Part shown: positions 25,617 through 32,000 of the stretch, piece by piece | Layout of the letters: the number at the start of each line of letters is the position of its first letter | Numbering within the stretch: position 1 is the first letter of the stretch | Assembly (NCBI RefSeq): GCF_000010625.1 | Contig: NC_010296.1 | Span: 2,370,001 to 2,402,000 of the forward strand | Direction of reading: 5' to 3' | DNA length: 32,000 bases | Origin: Microcystis aeruginosa NIES-843 | GTDB taxonomy: Bacteria; Cyanobacteriota; Cyanobacteriia; Cyanobacteriales; Microcystaceae | The notes under the pieces: model-generated | What the model was told of the DNA's origin: nothing | What the model saw: the letters and a program-made list of their open reading frames with translations, nothing else | Database searches by the model: none | Made by a program: the position numbers and the translations under genes

Positions 25617-27021
25617 ATGAGACAATGGGATTGGAACCTAGTTTTTATCCACGGTACTGGGGTACGAGAACCTGCCTATAGCAAAACTGGGAGCATCTCA
25701 CCTTTGCAATGAGCATAAATACTTAGTGGAAAAATAGGCTTTTCGAGGGTAATTCTTGTTTTAATTCTCCATGTACGCAGTCTTTAAAAGCCTCTATTTC
25801 GTTCCAAGACACGATTAAGAGTGGCTTTTAGGCTAAGTATAATTACTTATCGCGTAAGTGAGATGCTCCCGCAAAACTTTTAGTATCATTATCCGAAAAT
25901 TGAAAGAACGCAATGAAAATTTGCGTTTTCAAAAGTGTTACTGGGGTGGTTCCCTCGGCACAACGTTAAATGCTGGGGGACTATCTATTCCAGTGTCGGA
26001 TCAAAAAAAAGCCTCAGAAACCGATTTAACTGATGAAGACTACGTTCTGGGTTTATGGGAGTTACTATATCAGGATCCACTCATCGAACTGCAAATCCTA
26101 ACCATAAGTTCCGAGGACAAAGGGGCTGTTTTTGGGGAAAAGCTAGGCGAGGATTTGGATAATCGGGTTCGAGCCTTAAATCCATCCTCTAATCTGCAAG
26201 AAATGCTCGATCAGGCTGGCATTGGCCAGTTTTTTAGTCAATCCCAATCCATTATCGTCAACGAAAGCGATTATCAAAAAGCGATCGAATCCGCCACGGA
26301 ACCATTAGGAGAATACCGCATAGCGATCGCCCGTGCGCTGGTAGCCCAGAGTGCTATTTTGGTAAGGGATAACTATGGCGAATTCGCCTTATCGGTTAAT
26401 GGGGGATTACGAGATCAAATTGTCGAGCAAATAGCGGCGGAATTAGGGGGTACGGAAAAAGGAGTTTTGTCCGGCATAAAAGAGATGATTTCTGGTACGA
26501 TCAGGCGTATTATTCAGAATAATCTCCAAAGAAAGCGAAATGGATTCACGGAAGAATATAGTGGCACTTTGGGAGATATTTTGATGTATCAAGCAAGGGG
26601 ACAAAAGCTTAGAGACTTTGTTCGCACAACCGTTGAACGTCTGGAATATCCCACCGTATTAATCGCCCATAGTTTGGGTGGTATTATTGCCGTCGATTTG
26701 CTATTAGAACAACAATTACCACAAGTGGCTTTGTTGGTGACGATCGGTTCTCAATCTCCTATTCTTTATGAACTGAATGCTTTGGTGGGGATGGAATATA
26801 ATCCCAATGCCAAGCTGCCGGATACTTTCCCCGATTGGTTAAATATTTATGATCGCAACGATTTCCTCAGTTATGTGGATGAGAAAATATTCCCTGGAAA
26901 GATAGAAGATGTGGAAATCGACAGTAAACAACCGTTCCCCGAGTCTCACGGTGCATATTGGAATAATGACAAGGTTTGGGATGCCGTTTGGCAGAAGATG
27001 GAGAAGATAGTTAATGGCTGA
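25617..27021 (+). pseudogene. alpha/beta hydrolase (Ser-Asp-His, large cap insertion) interrupted near its 5' end by a MITE
   Basis: Exon-like part 1 is 25617-25688 (MRQWDWNLVFIHGTGVREPAYSKT, containing the HG oxyanion motif). It joins in frame to 25879 onward (FSIIIRKLKE...) once the MITE plus one TSD copy is removed. Nucleophile AHSLGG. Acid NIYDRNDFLS. His PESHGAYW. Confidence 0.75.
25689..25870. mobile_element. MITE (182 bp) of the same family as 4506-4627, with 8-bp target-site duplication GCAAAACT
   Basis: IRs are GGGAGCATCTCAC (25689-25701) and GTGAGATGCTCCC (25858-25870). TSD copies lie at 25681-25688 and 25871-25878. Subterminal sequence resembles the IS ends at 28824 and 31317. Confidence 0.9.
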
Positions 27022-27832
27022 ACCATCGACAACGCAAGCTATTCTGGTCGGCATTGAAAGGTATGCCGATTCTAATGCTATTCCGGATTTGAACGGTCCG
27101 GTCAATGATGTTTATCGGTTCTGTCAATGGTTACGATATCGCAATGTGCCTCCTGAAAATATTTCGGTTTTCGCATCTCCACTCGATCGCAATACTGGAA
27201 TCGTTGACGAGATTACCAGTCTGATCAACAGTAAACCCTTAGAAGCGACCAAAGATATAGTCAATAAAGCTCTGCGCGAGGAAGCGAGAAAAAAAACAGC
27301 AAGCTTGTTTTTCTTGTTTTGGTCGGGACACGGTTGGATCGTCCCTCAAGGCGATCGTCGATTGATTTATGCCGATGCGACAATTGAGGACTTGAAGAAC
27401 CTTAATTTAACTGCCCAGCTTAATGCTATGCAGACCGATTTATATAAAAATTTACCTCAGCAGTTACTAATCTTCGATGCTTGCGCTAATTCCCAATTAT
27501 TAAAGATAACTCCACCTGACGATCTTCCCCCTATCGGTAAACATTTGCCAAGTCAACAACAAATGGTCATGCTGGCGGCTAATCCGGGAGAATATGCGAT
27601 TAATAAAGGCGACGAACAAACGGGTATATTTTCACGAGAACTATTAAATGAATTGAACTCATTAAAAGATACAGAGGTTTGGCCTCCAGATCTGGAGTCA
27701 GTTATGCAGTCCGTGCAGAAAAAGTTCATCAAACTGCGAGAAGATAAACAAACCAGGCAAACTCCTTCATATCTTTTATCCCACATTCCGCACCCTAAGT
27801 GTCACAACGTCTCAAAAGAGGAAGGGGCGTGA
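27014..27832 (+). CDS. caspase-like cysteine protease (peptidase C14 / orthocaspase-type, single domain, 272 aa)
   Basis: Catalytic dyad contexts FLFWSGHGW (His) and LLIFDACANS (Cys), followed by TGIFSRELLNEL. The start ATG overlaps the hydrolase stop by 8 nt (ATGGCTGA). Confidence 0.8.
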   Translation: MAEPSTTQAILVGIERYADSNAIPDLNGPVNDVYRFCQWLRYRNVPPENISVFASPLDRNTGIVDEITSLINSKPLEATKDIVNKALREEARKKTASLFFLFWSGHGWIVPQGDRRLIYADATIEDLKNLNLTAQLNAMQTDLYKNLPQQLLIFDACANSQLLKITPPDDLPPIGKHLPSQQQMVMLAANPGEYAINKGDEQTGIFSRELLNELNSLKDTEVWPPDLESVMQSVQKKFIKLREDKQTRQTPSYLLSHIPHPKCHNVSKEEGA

Positions 27833-28025
27833 GTCAAAATACTTATCTAGAGGAGTGAGTTGGCGGCAAGCTGCCGGCAACTAAGCCGAAAATTTCAGAG
27901 TTCCCCCGGTCATTCTCAATAAACAGTGCTTGTTGAGAATGACTAGGCAATCAGACTTAACATCTAGGGGGAGATGTTCCAGTTGCTCGCTTTGTTTTGT
28001 CACCCCTTGAAGTCAATCCATCTGG

Positions 28026-28823
28026 TCAAGATAAGAGATAATATTCCTGGCAAGGTTTGGGGAAAAATCTCAAAATGTTGCGCCTCTCATCCGTTAAGTT
28101 GCTAATCTTTTGATTGTCTTGAATACGGACGAGATGAATCCCTTGAAAGCCCTGAAATATCCAGCGTAACGTCGGTCGGTCAGTTAACTTACCCAACTGA
28201 TTTTTCAGTCCCGTCTCCTGCTGTTTTAAACTTAAACGAAGTTGTCTTTGACCAATAGTATAAACCAGCAGGCACAAGCCCATGAGCATGGCCATGACCT
28301 CGATTCTATGGGGAGATTTGAGAAAGACACTGTCAGCAAAAAAGCAGGGGTCTTTGAGAAAAGAAAATCCTCTTTCTGGAGCTTGTTGCCCCTTATATTT
28401 TTTGAGTATATCCTCACTGCTCAATCGTTTTTTCTCCAAATCGTTAGTTGCTAAAACGAATCGTCCTGCTCGTTTCTTTAGCCTCTCAATCGCTGCCAAA
28501 TTCAACTCTAATTCGGCTTGAACTTGATAGCTTTGAGAGGGTAAATCGTCTTTTGATTTGAGTTTTGACCCCTGGGACTCAGGCGGAATGAGATTGACTT
28601 TAATCTCCGTTAACTGATGAGATTTTAAGGAGTCAGATAATCCTTTGGCTATCGCCAACGCCACCGCTCTATTCTCAAATTCTCTTCGGGATAGTTGCCG
28701 GATTTTTTCTTGGGCAGAATTCTTTTCCTGCTCGATTTTTTTCTCTAATTTTTTCAAGTCTGATTCTTGTCTAGCTTGACTTTCAACTAGCAACCATCTT
28801 TGTTCTATACCCCCATAGTTAGA
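28026..28823 (-). pseudogene. IS1634-family (IS4-related) transposase, C-terminal part, separated from its N-terminal part by an IS insertion
   Basis: RFVLATNDL...YKGQQAPERGFSFLKDP...EVMAMLMGLCLLVY is a typical IS1634/IS4 C-terminus. Reading across the junction restores ...SWRETSSNYGGIEQRWLLVESQ. Confidence 0.75.
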
Positions 28824-29623
28824 GGGAGCATCTCACTTATGCAATGAGTATTAATGCTTATAGCCGTCAACAACTAGAAAATCTTCAACTTGATCACAAA
28901 GAGAAATGAGATTATAATAGTTATAGCTTACAATTCAGAATATGGCTCGATAGGAGGAATAATTCAATGTTATCAGAAAATGAAAAAAGAATTAAAGAGT
29001 TATGTCAAGAGTTAGGGCAATGTCTCTATGAGCAATCCCCAATTAAGAAATTTAATAACTTGGGAGAGATAGAGGAGACAGTCAGAGATTTAATGATTCA
29101 TTATGTCAACCCAGAAATCGGTATTTTTTTGTCAAAACAAGCACAGAAGAAACCGCCGGTCGGACGAGAAAAGTGAAAAGTATTTTGGGGGAATTACCAA
29201 TTACAGAAAAACAAGCGAAGAAGTTAGAAGTAAAGCCTCGGACTCAGATGAGTCCAATGTTAGAGAAGAACTGTTTGTTATTAAGTGGCGATGAATCCTA
29301 CGAGAAATCGGCGCAGAAAATCAAATCATTGACAGGGATTGCTGTTTCTCACAGTACCCAACAACGCCTCGTGCATCGCTATGCTTTTGAAGAATTACCG
29401 TCTAACCCAGAAGTCGAAGTGGAAGAAATGAGCATAGATGGCGGTAAGGTACGACTAAGAACTGCCAAGGGAAAAGCCTTGATTTGGCGTGATTATAAAG
29501 CAGTGAGTTTTCATCAACTGGGGGTAGCGGCCTTTTTTCAAGATAACTCGGCTTTATTAGATTTGGTTAATTCTCAAGTTTTGGCTGAACCTTTAATTTG
29601 TTTAGGAGATGGACATGATGGTA

Positions 29624-30853
29624 AGCTTTTACGCATTTAAGTTACATTGACAGCATTACCCTTATTTTTAAGTTTTCTACTCCATTTAATAATCAATCCC
29701 CCTTCATTTAAAAGCTGATTGACTACTTTTTCCAGTTCTTCTTTATTTTCAAATTCTCGATTAGCTATGTACTCTTTAGCGGAATGCCACACTAATTCTA
29801 TTAGGTTGTAATCTGGACTATAAGCTGGTAAAAACTCTAGCCTAATATTGGGCAACTCTTTTTCCACCTGCTCAATAACATCTTTCTTTTTGTGATAACT
29901 AGCATTGTCTAATATGATGATAATTTTCGGTCCTTTTTCTCGAAAATCTTCGGGCAGATTTCCCAAGTTTATCCATTCTTGACGAATCTCTTCATGAAGT
30001 TTCTTTAATTGTTCATGGAAAGTTTCTGAATTTCCTTTTTTGATCATAAAACAGACTCGTTTTTTGTCATTATATCTTAAGGCTCCCATCACATTCACCC
30101 TTCCTCTTTTTCTTTGTCCATTCACTTTTTTTCGCTTTCCTTTTTTTGTCCAAGCTCTCCTTCTTATTACTCTCAAACTAAATCCACACTCATGAGGGGC
30201 TGTGTGGCGAACCTGCGTCGCCACCTTGAAAGCCCCGTCCCAAAACCATACCTGGATTGACTCTGGCTTTTCTTTAGCCAACCTTAAATATTCATCTAAT
30301 TTTTCTTTAAATGCTTTTCTTAATTTCTTGTCTTGCTTATCTTCTAGACTATATTTCGCCCAGATATACACATACTTTTTTCTTCTCAATATTCTTCTCA
30401 CTTGCGAGCCACTCAGTTTAATTCTTGTTTCCTTTTCTAGATGCTCTGCTAATCTTGCCGCTGTCCATCTCCCGAATTCATATCCAAATTCCTTCGGGTC
30501 TTCATCAACTATTTTTAATAGTAAATTAATATATTCCTCTGTGGCTTTTTTATGATTTCCATTTTTTCTCCCATCTTCTAGACTTTCTAAATTGTTAGGA
30601 TCACCGTGAACACACCAAGGGGCGACCGTTTTGAGTGAACAGCCAATAAAGTCAGCTATTTCTCGTTGAGTTTTTCCGTCGTTTAGCAAGAGAAACATTA
30701 AAATTCTTTCCCTAACCTCTGCTCTTTCTTCTTCTTTAAGAGCTTTTTGTAAGTTTTTCTTTTCTTCTAAGTCTAGGAAATCTTTTGCTGGCATAAGTAG
30801 GATTTTTCTAAAATTACTATTTCTATTTTAGGTGGTTTAAGTGCGTTTTAGCT
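29624..30853 (-). mobile_element. IS630-family insertion sequence (1230 bp) flanked by TA target duplication
   Basis: Imperfect ~24-bp IRs AGCTTTTACGCATTTAAGTTAC and (rc) AGCTAAAACGCACTTAAACCAC. TA at 29622-29623 and 30854-30855. Confidence 0.8.
29637..30794 (-). CDS. IS630-family DDE transposase (385 aa) carrying a 15-aa in-frame insertion in the first catalytic motif
   Basis: N-terminal HTH (TQREIADFIGCSLKTV). ...ILDNASYHK... and LPAYSPDYNLIELVW are typical of IS630/Tc1. WFWD-[GAFKVATQVRHTAPH]-ECGFSL interrupts the usual D-E-x-G-F motif. Confidence 0.85.
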   Translation of the reverse strand: MPAKDFLDLEEKKNLQKALKEEERAEVRERILMFLLLNDGKTQREIADFIGCSLKTVAPWCVHGDPNNLESLEDGRKNGNHKKATEEYINLLLKIVDEDPKEFGYEFGRWTAARLAEHLEKETRIKLSGSQVRRILRRKKYVYIWAKYSLEDKQDKKLRKAFKEKLDEYLRLAKEKPESIQVWFWDGAFKVATQVRHTAPHECGFSLRVIRRRAWTKKGKRKKVNGQRKRGRVNVMGALRYNDKKRVCFMIKKGNSETFHEQLKKLHEEIRQEWINLGNLPEDFREKGPKIIIILDNASYHKKKDVIEQVEKELPNIRLEFLPAYSPDYNLIELVWHSAKEYIANREFENKEELEKVVNQLLNEGGLIIKWSRKLKNKGNAVNVT

Positions 30854-31317
30854 TATCTGGAATTTATTTGGTCAGATAGGAGAGAAACAGGAAAGAATTG
30901 AAATATTGGATTGGTATCATTTAATCGAAAACCTCTATAAAGTTGGCGGGTCATTCCAGCGGATTGATGAGGTAAAATGTTTTCTATGGAAGGGGGAAGT
31001 GGATGCTGCTATCTCCTGTTTTGAGGGATGGTCAGAGCCGCAAGTGGAGAATTTTATTATTTATTTGAACAAGCATAAACATCGAATTGTCAATTATGGT
31101 TATTTGCAGGCAGAGGGCATTTCGATTGGCTCTGGCTCTGTTGAATCAAAAATTAAACAAATTGCTCATCGTCTTAAAATTACTGGTGCAAGTTGGGAAT
31201 CTGGTAATGTACCGCAAGTCCTTCGTCATCGCTGTGCTTATCTAAATGGTTGCCTTTTTTAACTTTTTTATTGATCTCATTAAGCATTTCTACTTATTGC
31301 AAAGGTGAGATGCTCCC

Positions 31318-32000
31318 TAGTTAGAGCTTGTTTCCCGCCAGGAATAACCCGGTATTTCTGAATCGGTTAACTCTTTTTCTGAGATGCTATCGACTAACTC
31401 TTGAGCCTCTTTAATGCTTAATGGTACTCGAGACAACCAACGCATTTCTTTCATTAGTTTTAAATTCTCTTTGCTATAGAGGGCGCTATCGCCGACTATT
31501 AAACTGTCAAAGTCAACTTGTTTTTTAAATTCTCGGGCGATTTGACCAAAAACCGCTTTGTCCGCTTCATTTCCGTCCCCTACTTTCAGGAATAAAGGTA
31601 CATCTCCATCCCCACTTACGATTAAGTCAATCATAAATTGTTTTAAGTCAGGTCTTCGGTCGCGGGAGTATCCGTAGGTAATTTTTATTGGCTGTTGTCT
31701 GGTTTCAATTTCTTCTCCCACTGCTCCTGATTTCAGGATTTCTACTGTTGGGTATTCCTTTTTATATTCTCCTTCTACTGATAGAGAAGTCGAATCTAAA
31801 TGGGAGTTCTCGGTTGCTACACCAAATTTTTTCACGGCGGCTAAACTGATGAGTAGGAAAATGACCGAAACATTAAGTTGATAAAGTTTGTCCATTACTC
31901 GACCAATTTTATCATCATTCAAGTGCTTGGGTTCGATGCCCTCTCCCAGCAGATGTTCGGTTGCTTTATCTTCAAAAAATTGAGGAAATAAATACAAGGC
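31318..32000 (-). pseudogene. IS1634-family transposase, N-terminal/middle part (open to window end)
   Basis: HLDSTSLSVEGEY...ITYGYSRDRRPDLKQFMIDL...LIVGDSALYS are hallmark IS1634 motifs. The frame remains open at 32000. Confidence 0.8.

Larger units (their letters stand above)
28967..31262 (+). pseudogene. transposase of the ISKra4-like element
   Basis: orfA is 28967-29176, with a -1 shift at GAAAAGTGAAAAG into 29173-29621. It is then interrupted and resumes at 30856-31262. Removing IS630 plus one TA restores GDGHDGIWNLFGQIGEKQERIEILDWYHLIENL. Motifs: GDGxxxIW, LDWYH, IGSGSVES. Confidence 0.7.
28824..31317 (+). mobile_element. ISKra4-family IS (ISMich2-like group), ~1262 bp native length, itself carrying an IS630 insertion
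   Basis: ~25-bp IRs GGGAGCATCTCACTTATGCAATGAGTA and (rc) GGGAGCATCTCACCTTTGCAATAAGTA. 8-bp TSD TAGTTAGA at 28816-28823 and 31318-31325. The assignment to the ISMich2-like group is from memory of IS family tables. Confidence 0.7.

Noticed and set aside
27860-27945. Two hairpins after the caspase gene (GTTGGCGGCA-AGC-TGCCGGCAAC, and GTCATTCTCAA-13 nt-TTGAGAATGAC), considered as terminators or as the IS1634 left end
   Set aside because: There are no U-tracts, and I cannot locate the matching IS1634 right end because it lies outside the window. The assignment is left open.

Overview
This is a cyanobacterial chromosomal window. Support: many HIP1 GCGATCGC octamers (e.g. 3543-3550, 6706-6713), an FtsZ with a long N-terminal extension, a DUF4278 gene, and a heavy load of dispersed repeats and IS elements. 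It resembles Microcystis, but that assignment is inference. All family calls come from motif recognition by eye; no searches were run. The window has three zones. Zone 1 (1-15100) is an accessory cluster, almost entirely on the minus strand, with no recognisable signal peptides. It encodes a giant 1862-aa protein built from three tandem MACPF-like plus jacalin-like lectin modules, and a DUF1906/GH25-like hydrolase. It also encodes a metallophosphoesterase fused to an aegerolysin-like C-terminal domain, frameshifted by an 8-bp tandem duplication. There are three class-3 lipase paralogues: one intact, one nonsense-mutated inside a 1245-bp segmental duplication, and one degraded fragment. The zone also holds a GH19 hydrolase with a peptidoglycan-binding domain, two unknown proteins and a PD-(D/E)xK/DUF3782 gene. 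This is my best candidate for an undescribed lectin-targeted pore-forming/lytic effector system. Zone 2 (15600-24020) holds core genes: DUF4278, FHA, an AI-2E transporter, tRNA-Gln, an S41 Ctp protease, ftsQ, ftsZ and thiD. An ORF-less group II intron sits there, embedded in GGGGTGT heptamer arrays. Zone 3 (24040-32000) is rich in mobile DNA. It contains a frameshifted tnpB element and a translationally coupled alpha/beta-hydrolase plus caspase-like (C14) gene pair whose first gene is split by a MITE. That pair is the second candidate system, a possible protease/hydrolase cell-death or defence module. The zone ends with a three-deep IS nest: IS630 inside an ISKra4-like IS inside an IS1634-family transposase gene.
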